A DNA stretch of 64,000 nucleotides from an uncultured Chloroflexia bacterium (GTDB taxonomy: Bacteria > Chloroflexota > Limnocylindria > Limnocylindrales > CSP1-4), in the NCBI GenBank assembly GCA_963712745.1, contig CAVQJC010000005.1, forward strand, positions 313,488 to 377,487. The letters are read 5' to 3'. How positions within the stretch are numbered: the first letter of the stretch is position 1; every line of letters starts with the position of its first letter. The translations under genes and the position numbers were made by a program. The notes under the pieces are model-generated. The model was given only the letters and a program-made list of their open reading frames with translations. It was not told the DNA's origin and searched no databases. This document shows positions 20,383 through 30,853 of this stretch, piece by piece.

Positions 20383-21950
20383 GCAGGTCAAAGGTCGTGG
20401 ATGTCACCGAAGCCGTCGCGCACATCGAAGCCGGCCAGACCGTGGCCGTAGGCGGCAGCGGCCACCTCCTCCAGGTGCCGGATGGCGTCCTCGCTGGCCT
20501 AGAGGCTCGCTACGAGCAGACGGGCTCGCCCTCGGGACTGACTGTCGTGCATACCATGGGCATCGGCGACAACGCCATCCGCGGCATGGGGCGACTGGCG
20601 CATCCCGGTCTCGTACGTCGGTTCATCGGCTCGCATTACGGCCACAACCCAGAGATCATGCGCATGATCGCCAACGATGAGGTCGAGACACTTGGCATCC
20701 CTGGTGGGACGCTGTCGCTCCTGTACCGCGAGATCGCCGGGCACCGACCAGGCCTGATCACCAAGGTCGGCCTGGGAACCTTCGTCGACCCTCGGGTCGA
20801 TGGTGGCCGGCTGAACGCCCGAACCAGCGGCTCGATCGCGGAGGTCATCGAGCTGGCCGGCCAGGAGTGGCTGTTCTACCAGGCATTCCCGATCCACGCC
20901 GGGCTCATCCGCGCGACCACGGCTGATAGCAGCGGGAACCTGACCATGGAGGATGAGGCAGGCCTCGCCGACAACCTTGCGCTGGCGTCGGCAGTGCACA
21001 ACTCGGGCGGGCTCGTGATCGCCGAGGTCAAGCGGCTGGCGGAGGCTGGCTCGCTGCCGCCCAAGTCAGTCAGGGTCCCGGGGATCCTCGTCGACGCCAT
21101 CGTCGTCGATCCCGACCAGCACCAGACGGGAGCCACCGTCTACAGCCCCTACCTCGCAGGTACGCTCCGAGCACCCGGCGCGACGATCCCGCGACTCGAC
21201 CTGGGCCCACGCAAGCTCATCGCACGGCGCGCGGCCGACGAGTTGACGCCGGGCGACGTCGTCAACCTCGGCTACGGCGTCTCGAGTGGCGTCGCCTCCG
21301 TGCTCGCCGAGGAGGGCTGCTACGACCGGATCTCGTTCAGCATCGAGCAGGGGATCGTCGGGGGTGTCCCCGGCGTCGGGCTCGACTCCGGTACCGCCGT
21401 GAACGCGGAGGCATACATCGACGAAGGCGCGCAGTTCGATCTGTACGACGGAGGCGCGCTCGACGTCTCCTGTGTCGCCTTCGGCGAGGTGGACGCCATG
21501 GGCAACGTCAACGTCAGCAAGCTGGCTGGGCGGGCAGTCGGCCCCGGGGGCTTCATCAATATCACGCAGAACGCCAAGAAGGTCGTGTTCTGCGGAACGT
21601 TCACCGGTGGAGGCCTGGAAGTCGCCATCCACGGCGATCGGGTGGAGATCCTCAAGGAAGGCCGCTACGCCAAGTTCGTCGAGCGGGTCGAGCACATCAC
21701 ATTCTCAGCCACGCAAGGTCGCTGGCCGGGCGGCGAGATCGCCTACGTCACCGAACGCGCCGTCTTTCGCCTCGTCGACGGCAGCCTCCAGCTGACCGAA
21801 CTCGCTCCTGGCATCGAACTGGAGCGCGATGTCCTTGCGCAGATGGACTTCCGTCCGGACGTCGCGAGCACTCTCAAGACCATGGATTTGCGGCTCTTGC
21901 GCGCCGGCGCGATGGGGAGTATCGCCGGTTTCGCTGGCGCAGCGGCATGA
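20379..21950 (+). CDS. Family I acyl-CoA transferase (YdiF/propionate CoA-transferase-like)
   Basis: ITKVGLGTFVDPR, VNLGYG, EQG, GGFINITQNAKKVVFCGTF, YVTERAVF. Confidence 0.9.
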   Translation: MSRSKVVDVTEAVAHIEAGQTVAVGGSGHLLQVPDGVLAGLEARYEQTGSPSGLTVVHTMGIGDNAIRGMGRLAHPGLVRRFIGSHYGHNPEIMRMIANDEVETLGIPGGTLSLLYREIAGHRPGLITKVGLGTFVDPRVDGGRLNARTSGSIAEVIELAGQEWLFYQAFPIHAGLIRATTADSSGNLTMEDEAGLADNLALASAVHNSGGLVIAEVKRLAEAGSLPPKSVRVPGILVDAIVVDPDQHQTGATVYSPYLAGTLRAPGATIPRLDLGPRKLIARRAADELTPGDVVNLGYGVSSGVASVLAEEGCYDRISFSIEQGIVGGVPGVGLDSGTAVNAEAYIDEGAQFDLYDGGALDVSCVAFGEVDAMGNVNVSKLAGRAVGPGGFINITQNAKKVVFCGTFTGGGLEVAIHGDRVEILKEGRYAKFVERVEHITFSATQGRWPGGEIAYVTERAVFRLVDGSLQLTELAPGIELERDVLAQMDFRPDVASTLKTMDLRLLRAGAMGSIAGFAGAAA

Positions 21951-21962
21951 GAGGCCGACGTC

Positions 21963-22778
21963 GTGGCTAGCGCCACGTCACAGGTACTTCCGGATCGGCG
22001 TCGCCTCGCTGGCAGGGTCGCGGTCGTGACCGGCGCTGCTGGTGGCATCGGGCGAGCCATCGTCGTGAAATTGGCGGCGGAGGGCGCATCGGTCATCGCG
22101 ACGGCCAGGAGTCTTGAGTCGGTCGAGGACACCATCGCCGAAGCAACACGAGCTGGCGGCGCGGTGCGGCCCCTGGTCGTCGACATCACTGATCCGGACG
22201 GTCCCTCTGCGATCGAGCCGGCGACCCAGCGGGAGTTCGGCTCCGCCCCCGACATCCTGGTGTGCTGTGCCGGTGCACAGACGTTCGCGGACATCTTCGA
22301 CCTCGATGTGGATGCATGGGACCACGTCTTCGATGTCAATGCCCGCGGGACCTTTCTCACCATCCGACCGGTCGCCGACGCGATGCGCCGCGCGGGTCGT
22401 GGCTCGATCGTGACCGTGGCTTCTCTGCAGGGCCGTCTCGGGAACCGCTGGTTCGCCCACTATTCGGCCTCGAAAGCCGCGGTCCTCAGTCTCACCAAGT
22501 CGTTCGCGGTCGCATTGGCACCGTACCGAGTCCGGGTCAACGCCGTCGCGCCCGGGATCATCGATGCAGGGCTCGCCTACAAGGCGAACGAGGAGCTGGC
22601 CCAGCTGCAGGGACTCTCGCCGGGCGAGCCGATGCGGCGACGAGTCGCAGACGTGCCCCTGGGCCGGGCGGGAACGCCGGAAGACGTCGCCAATGCGGTC
22701 CTCTTCCTAGCCTCGGACGAGGCCGACTACATCACCGGTGAGTGCATCCACGTCTGCGGCGGGGACCTGATGCTGTAG
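21963..22778 (+). CDS. SDR oxidoreductase
   Basis: TGAAGGIG, YSASK, VNAVAPG. Confidence 0.88.
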   Translation: MASATSQVLPDRRRLAGRVAVVTGAAGGIGRAIVVKLAAEGASVIATARSLESVEDTIAEATRAGGAVRPLVVDITDPDGPSAIEPATQREFGSAPDILVCCAGAQTFADIFDLDVDAWDHVFDVNARGTFLTIRPVADAMRRAGRGSIVTVASLQGRLGNRWFAHYSASKAAVLSLTKSFAVALAPYRVRVNAVAPGIIDAGLAYKANEELAQLQGLSPGEPMRRRVADVPLGRAGTPEDVANAVLFLASDEADYITGECIHVCGGDLML

Positions 22779-22833
22779 TCGCTCCGGTCCAAGCCGCGTA
22801 GCCGATCGAGACAGACGAGATTCGTGGGGAGGT

Positions 22834-23340
22834 ATGAAGAAGATGGATCCGGGCGTCCTGCGGTACGAGGACCTGCATGTCGGTCTGGGGTTCGAAAGCC
22901 CAACGCGGACCGTCACCGAGACGGACGTGGTCATGTTCGCCGCCATGACGGGCGACTACTCCGAGCTGCACACGAGCGAGGCGTTCGCCCGGAAGACCCA
23001 GTACGGCCGCCGTGTCGCGCACGGGCTCCTGGGGTTGGCAATCACGCATGGACTGATGTGGCCACGCACCAATGCCCTGCGGGATATCGCCATCGCGTTC
23101 CTGGGGATCTCGGACTGGCGCTTTCGCGGGCCGATCTTCCTCGGCGACACGGTCCACGTCGTCTATCGGATCGTCGAGATGCGCGACAGCCGCACGTACC
23201 CGGATCAGGCCATCGTGACGTTCGAGGTGGAGCTCCGGAACGAGGGTGGCGAAGTACTGCAGCAGGGACGGAAAGTGCTCCTTGTCTCGAAGGTCCCGCT
23301 CGCGGCGGCGGCGAGTCACGGTGCGAGCGAGACGGCCTGA
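22834..23340 (+). CDS. MaoC-like (hotdog fold) dehydratase
   Basis: RTVTETDVVMFAAMTGDYSELH...RVAHGLL. Confidence 0.88.
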   Translation: MKKMDPGVLRYEDLHVGLGFESPTRTVTETDVVMFAAMTGDYSELHTSEAFARKTQYGRRVAHGLLGLAITHGLMWPRTNALRDIAIAFLGISDWRFRGPIFLGDTVHVVYRIVEMRDSRTYPDQAIVTFEVELRNEGGEVLQQGRKVLLVSKVPLAAAASHGASETA

Positions 23341-23341
23341 C

Positions 23342-24625
23342 ATGACCCTGCCCTACGAAGGCATCACCGTCCTCGACTTCACGCAGCTTGAGCAGGGACC
23401 GTCGGGCACGCTCATGCTCGCCGACTTCGGGGCCGAGGTTATCAAGGTCGAGCAGATCGACAGCGGCGAGGTGGGGCGCGGGCAGGTGCCGTCGTATCGC
23501 GGCATGAGTTGCCACTGGGCGGCCAACAACCGCAACAAACTCAGCCTGAGTGTCGACATCAAGCACCCCCAGGGCAAGGAGATCATCCTGCGGTTGGCTC
23601 GCGGCGCTGACATCGTGGCGAGCAACTTCCGACCAGGCGTGATGGAGCGTCTGGGGTTCGGTTACGAGGCGCTCTCGAAGATCAACCCCCGCATCATCTG
23701 TGCGTACGCCTCGGGATACGGTCAAGCGGGTCCGTACCGCGATCTGCGCGGCCAGGATCTTGCGGCCCAGGCGATCGGCGGGATCATGGACCTGACCGGC
23801 GATGCCGACGGTCCGCCAACACCGATCGGGACCTTTGCCGTCGACTACCTCGCAGCCATGCAGTTCGCAATCGGCATGATGGCCGCCCTGGCGGCGCGCG
23901 AGCGAACCGGTGTCGGCCAGGTCGTGGACAGCTGTCTCCTCAATGCATCCCTGACGCTGCATCACCAGGAAGCCACCGCATTCCTCAACACGGGTCGGCT
24001 CTATCCACGAGCGCCGTACGGCATCGCCCACGCGCACAACACGCCGCTGTACGCGCGCTACCGGTGCGCCGACGATCGCTGGCTGGTCCTGATCGCCGAG
24101 TTCTACATCACCGAGCCCTGGCAGCGCATCTCTCGTGCGCTCTCGCTGGGGCCCAAGGAAGCCGATGACCCACGGTTCGCGACGGTCGACGGCATCGAAG
24201 CCAATGCCGAGGCAGCCCACGGTGTCCTCAGCGAGGCCTTCGGTCGCGTGGGACGAGCAGAGGCCCTGAGTCGATTGACGGCTGAGGACGTGCTCTGTGC
24301 GCCGGTCAACTCGTACCCGGAGGTCGTCGAGGACCCACAACTGCTCTTCAACGACATGGTGATCGAAGCCGAGCGGCCCGAGACAGGCCCCTTCCGGCTG
24401 GTGGGCATGCCCATCAAGCTGTCGGCCACCCCGGCTCGCTTGCGGCACGCGCCACCGACGGTCGGCGAGCACAACGCGGACATCCTGGCCGCACACGGCT
24501 ACAGCGCCGAGCAGATCGCACGACTGCGCGAAGCGGGCGCCATCGGCAGCGAAGTGGACCGTCAACGCGAAGAGGGCATCGTGGCGTGGGGTTCGGATCC
24601 GGACCTCAGGGCGACCCGGGCATGA
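23342..24625 (+). CDS. CaiB/BaiF family III CoA-transferase
   Basis: LADFGAEVIKVE, NRNKLS, NFRPG, GYGQAGPY...GQD. Confidence 0.92.
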   Translation: MTLPYEGITVLDFTQLEQGPSGTLMLADFGAEVIKVEQIDSGEVGRGQVPSYRGMSCHWAANNRNKLSLSVDIKHPQGKEIILRLARGADIVASNFRPGVMERLGFGYEALSKINPRIICAYASGYGQAGPYRDLRGQDLAAQAIGGIMDLTGDADGPPTPIGTFAVDYLAAMQFAIGMMAALAARERTGVGQVVDSCLLNASLTLHHQEATAFLNTGRLYPRAPYGIAHAHNTPLYARYRCADDRWLVLIAEFYITEPWQRISRALSLGPKEADDPRFATVDGIEANAEAAHGVLSEAFGRVGRAEALSRLTAEDVLCAPVNSYPEVVEDPQLLFNDMVIEAERPETGPFRLVGMPIKLSATPARLRHAPPTVGEHNADILAAHGYSAEQIARLREAGAIGSEVDRQREEGIVAWGSDPDLRATRA

Positions 24626-25896
24626 CGGCACCCGCAGGGCGGAACGTTCGCCCCACGAAAGAGCCAGCCCAAGATGTCACGGACAGCTACCCGCCGATGT
24701 TTCCTGGTGGCAACCGCATCGGACCGGAAGAGGAAGAGGCCGTTCTGCGAGTCGTTCGCTCCAAGCGCCTCTTCCGATACTACGGGACCGTCGATGGGCC
24801 CTCGGAAGTCGAGGCCTTCGAGCTCGCCCTCGCTGAGCTCCTGTCGAGCCATCACGCGCTCGCGGTCGGCTCCGGGACACTGGCCCTGATGACGGCCCTC
24901 GCGGCGGCAGGGATCGGGCATGGTGACCACGTCATCGTGCCTGCGTACACATGGGTGTCCACAGCAGCCGCGGCGCTCGCGATCGGTGCTATCCCGGTCA
25001 TCGCCGAGGTAGACGAGACTCTGACCCTCGACGTCGAGGATGCGGAGCGTCGCATCACCGCTCGGACGAAGGCGATCGTCCCGGTGCACATGCGAGGAGC
25101 GCCAGCAGACATGGAAGGTGTCCGCCATGTCGCGGACCGGCACGGTCTCGTCGTGGTCGAGGACGCCGCGCAGGCAATCGGCGGTTCCTACAGGGGAAGA
25201 CGCCTGGGCACGATCGGCGATCTCGGCTGCTTCAGCCTGCAGTACAACAAGATCATCACCAGCGGTGAGGGTGGCGTGGTCGTGACTGATGATCCGCTAC
25301 TTCATGATCGGGCGTTGATGTACCACGACGTGGCCGCCACTCAGCGCAAGCCCATGGGTGACTCACCCGAGTTCTTCGGTGTCGTATGCCGGATGTCCGA
25401 GCTTCAGGGCGCGGTCGCCGCAGTCCAGTTGCGACGGATGGACGGCATCATCGCGGACTGCCGAGCCAACCGCGCACGGATCGTCGACGCGGTCGGCGAT
25501 ACCGCGCGCAATCACGGCTTCCGGCTGCGTGCATGTCACGATGATGAGGGCGATACGGGCATTGCCCTCATCCTCCTGGGCCTCGACCCTAGTCGGGCCA
25601 GCGCGGTCGCGACCGCGCTCCGATCGTCGGGGGTCCCAGCGCGAGTCCTGCTCGACCCAAACCGGCGCGACCTCCACGTTGCGAGCCACTGGACCCCGAT
25701 CCTGAAGAAGCGCGACTGGGCGGGAGCGATGGCGCGCGCCGACGACGACTGGGACGTCAAGTACTCACCTGACTGTTGGGCGAGGACCACCCACTTGCTC
25801 AGCCGATCAATTCACATCGACGTGAGTCCTGACTTGACGGATGCCCATATCGAGAGCATGGGCCAGTCCATCAACCACGCGTTGACGCGCCACTGA
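24622..25896 (+). CDS. DegT/DnrJ/StrS family PLP-dependent aminotransferase
   Basis: SGTLAL, VPVHMRG, VEDAAQA, FSLQYNKIITSGEGG. Confidence 0.9.
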   Translation: MTAPAGRNVRPTKEPAQDVTDSYPPMFPGGNRIGPEEEEAVLRVVRSKRLFRYYGTVDGPSEVEAFELALAELLSSHHALAVGSGTLALMTALAAAGIGHGDHVIVPAYTWVSTAAAALAIGAIPVIAEVDETLTLDVEDAERRITARTKAIVPVHMRGAPADMEGVRHVADRHGLVVVEDAAQAIGGSYRGRRLGTIGDLGCFSLQYNKIITSGEGGVVVTDDPLLHDRALMYHDVAATQRKPMGDSPEFFGVVCRMSELQGAVAAVQLRRMDGIIADCRANRARIVDAVGDTARNHGFRLRACHDDEGDTGIALILLGLDPSRASAVATALRSSGVPARVLLDPNRRDLHVASHWTPILKKRDWAGAMARADDDWDVKYSPDCWARTTHLLSRSIHIDVSPDLTDAHIESMGQSINHALTRH

Positions 25897-25912
25897 GGGA
25901 TGGCCAAGCACC

Positions 25913-25963
25913 TTGACAGTCCAGTCGAGCGTGGCATAGTAGCAAGGTGTAACGCTGTTACAC
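25913..25963 (+). promoter_or_regulatory. Sigma70-like promoter with operator copy C
   Basis: TTGACA (25913), 16 nt, then CATAGT (preceded by TGG), followed by the palindrome GTGTAAC-GCT-GTTACAC (25947-25963). Confidence 0.7.
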
Positions 25964-26053
25964 TCATCTGGCGACAGAGGAAGCCATGCGGAGTGAGGCC
26001 GAAAGGACCCGCTCTGGGGGATTCGGACTCGCGCACATGACGAGGGCATCGGA

Positions 26054-26932
26054 TTGCAGTCGAGCGGACGAAGCACGCCGCCCCTGAGCGGCGGCGCTCC
26101 AGGCAAGGCCGTCGCGGGCGAGGATGCGGGCCCGCCCGCGTTGGTGGCCAATCGGTCGCTCACGAACAGGCGCATCCGTCGGATCCTGACAGCAATCGGT
26201 CCGCCGGCGATCACGTTTGGACTGTTGATCGCCGCATGGTGGTTCCTGGTTGCCTACTTCGAAGTGCCGGTGTACCTGGTTCCGTCACCGGAGCTGGTCC
26301 TGCCCGCCCTGTTCGAGTACTGGCCGGACCTTTGGGAGAACACACAGTTCACTGTTACGGCCGTCCTCCTCGGATTTGGTTTCAGCATCGTCACTGCGAT
26401 CCCGATGGGTCTCGCCATCGCGGTGTCGCGCACGACCAAGCAGGCTGCCTATCCGGTCCTCGTATTCATCCAGCTCATCCCCAAGATCGCTATCGCGCCA
26501 CTCTTCGTCGTCTGGTTCGGCTTCGCTCTCGAATCCAAGGTGATGCTCACGACGCTGCTTACGTTCTTTCCGCTGCTTCTGGCGAGCATCGCCGGGTTCC
26601 AGGCGCTCGATGATCGCGTCCTGTACCTCACTCGAACGATGGGGGCGTCGACGTGGCAGACGTTCCGCTTCGTTCGACTGCCGAGTGCACTTCCGGTCAT
26701 CTTCTCGGGTTTGAAGGTCTCGGCAACCATCGCGGTCACGGCAGCGATCGTGGCTGAGTTCGTCGGCTCCAACAATGGCCTCGGCTATCGCCTGCTCGTC
26801 GCGAGTCAGTACCTCGACACCCCGCTGATCTTCGCAATCCTGCTGCTGATGACGATCATCGGACTTGGACTCAACTACATCGTCGAGATCGTCGAGTACT
26901 TCGTCCTGCCCTGGCGGCGGGTTTCTTCCTGA
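26054..26932 (+). CDS. ABC permease (NitT/TauT/SsuC family)
   Basis: IPKIAIAPLFVVWFG, LPSALPVIFSGLK, AEFVGSNNGLG. Confidence 0.9.
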   Translation: MQSSGRSTPPLSGGAPGKAVAGEDAGPPALVANRSLTNRRIRRILTAIGPPAITFGLLIAAWWFLVAYFEVPVYLVPSPELVLPALFEYWPDLWENTQFTVTAVLLGFGFSIVTAIPMGLAIAVSRTTKQAAYPVLVFIQLIPKIAIAPLFVVWFGFALESKVMLTTLLTFFPLLLASIAGFQALDDRVLYLTRTMGASTWQTFRFVRLPSALPVIFSGLKVSATIAVTAAIVAEFVGSNNGLGYRLLVASQYLDTPLIFAILLLMTIIGLGLNYIVEIVEYFVLPWRRVSS

Positions 26933-27061
26933 CGCAGAGATCCACGAGGAGGTGGCGATGGCCCAACGTACTAGACGCTGATGGCCTGCACATAAGCGTA
27001 CGGCTATCCGGGATAGGTGACCGCACAACAGGCGGTCACGGAGAAGGAGGAAAGAAAAGGG

Positions 27062-28138
27062 ATGGAAATGACGAATCGGCGCAAGATCCGAGCCGGTCTG
27101 GCGCTGCTCGTGGCGGTCCCTGTGGCTGCCGCGTTCAGCGCTCCATCGGCAATGGCGCAGGAGGCCGAGTCAACGGCGTGTGTGCCGACCGACCCCGCCA
27201 CGCCCATCAGCTTCCAGCTCAACTTCACGGCGGGTGGCTACAACGCTCCATTCGCGCTCGCCGAGCTTGAGGGGTACTACGACGACGTCGGCCTCAACGT
27301 GGATATCGTCAAGGGTCAGGGTTCAGGAACCACGGCTCGGCTTGTCGCATCCGGACAGGCTGGTTTGGCCTATGCGGACGCCTCTGCGGTAGCGCAGGTC
27401 ATCGCCCAGGGCGCCGACATCAAGATCCTCTCGACCATCTACCAGTCGAGTCCCAATGCCGTCAACGCGCTTGCGGAGACGGGGATCGAATCGGTCGCGG
27501 ACCTGCGCGGCAAGAAGCTCGGGGAGCCTACGGGTGAGGCCTCCAGTGCGATGTTCCCACTCCTGCTCGAGGCCAACGGCCTTACCAGGGACGACCTGGA
27601 AGTCATCCCCATGCCGGGCACGTCGCTCGTCGGCGCACTGACGCAGGGGCAGGTGGACGCGGTCCTTGGATCGACCGAGGGGTACAACCTCGTGCTCGAA
27701 GAGCAGGGGTTCGAGGTCACAGTCCTTCCATACGCTGAGTGGGGCGTCCCGACCGTCAGCACCTCGGTCATCGCCTCGGGACGCTTTCTCGAGGAGAATG
27801 CCAACGCAGTCCGCTGCTTCATCGAGGCCAGCCTCAAGGGATGGGACGAAGCGATCAAGCGACCGGATGATGCGATCGCGGCGCTCGTGGAGTACTTCCC
27901 CTACGACACCAGGCCGGAACTGAACAAGCGGCAGCTCGAGTCGGCCATCGACCTCGTCTGTGCCAACGACGCTCAGTTCGTCGGCAAGGCTGAACCTGCG
28001 GCCTGGGACACTTCGGTCCAGATCTGGCAGGACTTCTTCGGTCTCTCGCCAGATGTCCCGGCAACCGACTACTACACGTATGACTTCCTTCCGGACACGC
28101 TACCGACATCGTGCCCGCTGGAGCAGCCAGCCGAATAA
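27062..28138 (+). CDS. ABC substrate-binding protein (NMT1/THI5-like)
   Basis: Signal peptide; FQLNF...APFALA..EGYY..GLNVDI..GQGS. Confidence 0.85.
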   Translation: MEMTNRRKIRAGLALLVAVPVAAAFSAPSAMAQEAESTACVPTDPATPISFQLNFTAGGYNAPFALAELEGYYDDVGLNVDIVKGQGSGTTARLVASGQAGLAYADASAVAQVIAQGADIKILSTIYQSSPNAVNALAETGIESVADLRGKKLGEPTGEASSAMFPLLLEANGLTRDDLEVIPMPGTSLVGALTQGQVDAVLGSTEGYNLVLEEQGFEVTVLPYAEWGVPTVSTSVIASGRFLEENANAVRCFIEASLKGWDEAIKRPDDAIAALVEYFPYDTRPELNKRQLESAIDLVCANDAQFVGKAEPAAWDTSVQIWQDFFGLSPDVPATDYYTYDFLPDTLPTSCPLEQPAE

Positions 28139-28171
28139 CCATCAACCAGGCAGACGTGTGGGGTGAGACGG

Positions 28172-29013
28172 TGACATCAGGGACGAACGGGCGCGGGCAA
28201 GCTGGACAACGTGGGACGTCCATCGACATCGATGGCGCCACGATGGTCTTCAATGCAGACGCCGCCCCGTTCCAGGCCCTCACCGAGATCACACTCAGCG
28301 TCAAGCCTGGTGAGTTCGTTAGCGTGGTGGGGCCGAGCGGCTGCGGCAAGAGCACTCTGATGCTCCTGACCGCCGGGCTGCTTCGGCCTACCACGGGCGA
28401 GATCCGTGTCGCAGACAAGCGACTGGAATCACCCCTGACCGATGTCGGGATCGTCTTCCAGGACGATCTGCTGCTCGAATTCCGCACGGCCGAGAACAAC
28501 ATCCTTCTCCAGGGCCAGGTCCGGAAGCTCGACATGGACAGGATCCGCGCGCGCACGTCACAGCTCATGGGTCAGCTCGGTGTGGCGCAGGCAGCCGATC
28601 GGTATCCGAAGCAGCTCTCCGGCGGAATGCGCCAACGCGTCGCGATCGCTCGTGCGTTGGTGCATGATCCCTCCCTCCTGCTCATGGACGAACCGTTTGG
28701 CGCACTCGATGCGCTGACACGATTGCAGGTCCGCCATGACCTCGAACAGTTGTGGATGCGTGAACGGCCGACCGTCCTGTTCATCACCCACAGCGTGGAG
28801 GAGGCAGTCGGACTGTCGGATCGGGTAGTCGTCTTCTCACCTTCTCCAGGTCGCATCGTGGAAGAGGTCATCATCGACCTGCCTCGCCCGCGGCCATTGG
28901 CGCTCGGTGAGACGAAGGAACTCGCCGACCGTGCCGACGGCATCTATCGGACCTTCGAGGAGATGGGGGTTCTGTCCGAGGAAGATCTGCCCGGCGAAAC
29001 CAGGTCCCTTTAG
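28172..29013 (+). CDS. ABC ATP-binding protein (NitT/TauT family)
   Basis: [33 protein letters not shown]; start approximate. Confidence 0.9.
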
Positions 29014-29040
29014 GGCTGACGCCCGTCCGCCGCCGCCGAC

Positions 29041-29466
29041 GTGAGGAGCCTCATCCCCGGCAGCAGCGCCACCACCCTCGCCTTCGGTGCGGTGTACTTC
29101 ATCTGGGGCTCCACGTACCTGGCCATCCGATTCGGGCTCGACAGCTTCCCACCCTTCATCCTCAACGGACTGCGCTATTCCCTGGCAGGGCTTGCGATGT
29201 TCCTCGTGCTCATGGCGCTGGGGACACCGCTCCCGACCCGACGACAGTGGTGGAACATCGCCCGCGTCGCGGCACTCATGATGGTCGGCGGGGCAGGCCT
29301 CGTGACTGTCGCACAGGATGTCGGTGTCGGCTCCGGACTCGCTGCCACAGCGGTGGCGATGATCCCGGTGTGGGCGGCCCTCGTCTCTGGCTTCCTGGGG
29401 ATCTGGCCCCGTCGCGTCGAGTGGGTGGGACTCGCCGTCGGATTGCTCGGAGTCGCCCTGCTTGCC
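29041..29466 (+). pseudogene. Truncated EamA/DMT transporter (YedA-like), N-terminal half only
   Basis: AFGAVYFIWGSTYLAIR...SGLAA...GLAVGLLGVALL, then runs into antisense transposase sequence. Confidence 0.8.
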
Positions 29467-30122
29467 CTCCTTCGGTCCCTCGGGACGGACCGGCAGGTAG
29501 ATGGCGTCGAGCATGAGTGCGAGCAGTCGCACCTCGCCGAGGCTGCGGGCCCGAAAGGCCCGGTAGCGGTCGCGCAGCTCCCGGCAGATGGTCGAGACGG
29601 TCGTGCGGCTGATGTGGCCGAGGCCGGCTTCGGCCGCGAGGGACTCGATGTCACGATCCGACAGGCCTCGGACGTAGGCCCCGATGACGAGGGCTTCGAG
29701 GGGCCGGGTGCGCACGATGGCCTTGGTGTCGGGGATGGTGGCGCTCACGAAGCGGGTGAGGCTGTCGCGCACCTGGGGCATGGCCACGCTGATCTCGCCC
29801 TCGGCGGTCTGGACCCGGCGGGGCCGGGTGCCGTTGCGGGAGCCGGTCGCCTCGGGTGCCCGTTCGTAGCGGACCCGACCGAGGAAGGCGGTCACCTCCT
29901 CCTCGACCGCCCGCTGCAGCACCAGCTGCGCTCCCAGGCGACCGAGCTCACCGACGCGATCGGCATCGTCGAGCCCTCCGAGGAGCACCTCCTCGATGGC
30001 TGCCTCGATCTTGGCACTCGGGGCTATCCTTCGTTCCACGGCGTAGTCCTCCTTGGCGAACTTCCAGGTCCGCTTCGGAGCCTATGCCGTCTCTACTTTT
30101 CCAGCGATCTCAGGACGCCACC
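29464..30122 (-). mobile_element. IS256-family (mutator) element fragment: left end plus N-terminal ~190 aa of the transposase
   Basis: ORF from 30039: EEEVTAFLGRVRYER...SRNGTRPR..TAEGEI..PQVR...YVRGLSDRDI...LDAIYL; the C-terminal catalytic part is missing; probable terminus GGTGGCGTCCTGAGATCGCTGGAAAAGTAG at 30122. Confidence 0.85.
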
Positions 30123-30396
30123 GGAAGGCACTGCCGTGGTACAGCTTTTCGCAGGATCTTCCCAGGGGGACTGAGGCTACCGTCGGGACTCCACTAGGCT
30201 TCCTCGCGTTGTCGTGGATGGACATCGGACGCAACCTCTTGAGCCCGATCAGCAGATCAGATGTGGCTCGGGCGAGATCACGAGGGTCGGATCGAACGCC
30301 TGACGGTCTTCGTTGGTTCCCCGGCGCACTCTGAGCGGGAGGTTCTTGACGACTGAAGCCCCGGCCCTCTCCGACGCACACGGCACGTACCTCTTG

Positions 30397-30441
30397 TTCG
30401 TAAACAGCAGGTCCTCGGTTCAAATCCGAGTGTCGGCTCCA
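30397..30441 (+). repeat. tRNA-Thr 3'-half att-like repeat, copy 5
   Basis: Matches consensus; GAAACGGGCCGTTTC palindrome; TGACCCCTG x2 at 30499 and 30511. Confidence 0.93.
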
Positions 30442-30853
30442 CTCCCCACGCGTGAAACGGGCCGTTTCGGGCTGTCCCTGGCCGGAGTCAGCAGAGTCTG
30501 ACCCCTGATGTGACCCCTGAGAACACCCGCCAATGTGACCAACTCAGGTAATCACTACCAAGGGTCCCGATCCTGAATTGGCTAGCGGCGTGCGGACCAC
30601 CTTGACGAGGATCTCATCGATGCTCGCGACCAGTTCCGTGACCGACAGGAGGCTGCCGTGCTGAGCGGCCTGGCGGCGGAATCTTCGGTTGATCTCAACA
30701 CCAAGCCGCTAGCTGGCGACAGGAGAAACCAGGGCGGCAACCAAGCGTGAACTCAAGCTGGTTCAGCGGTCACACGCTTCGTCACACGGCCGGTCGTCAA
30801 GGTACGACCCATCGAGCGCATCCCCGACGCCCGACCGACCGGAGACAGATCGA

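Noticed and set aside
23042-24631. Long antisense ORFs (e.g. 23042-24631, 1117-2244, 59290-60408, 55389-56768)
   Set aside because: They are high-GC shadow ORFs opposite well-supported genes and lack recognisable motifs.
28837-30174. Full-length transposase (400 aa) or transporter (377 aa)
   Set aside because: Each ORF is half a real gene plus antisense read-through of the other.
30540-30780. Possible gene remnant after att copy 5
   Set aside because: A short minus-strand stretch looks coding-like, but I could not recognise any family.
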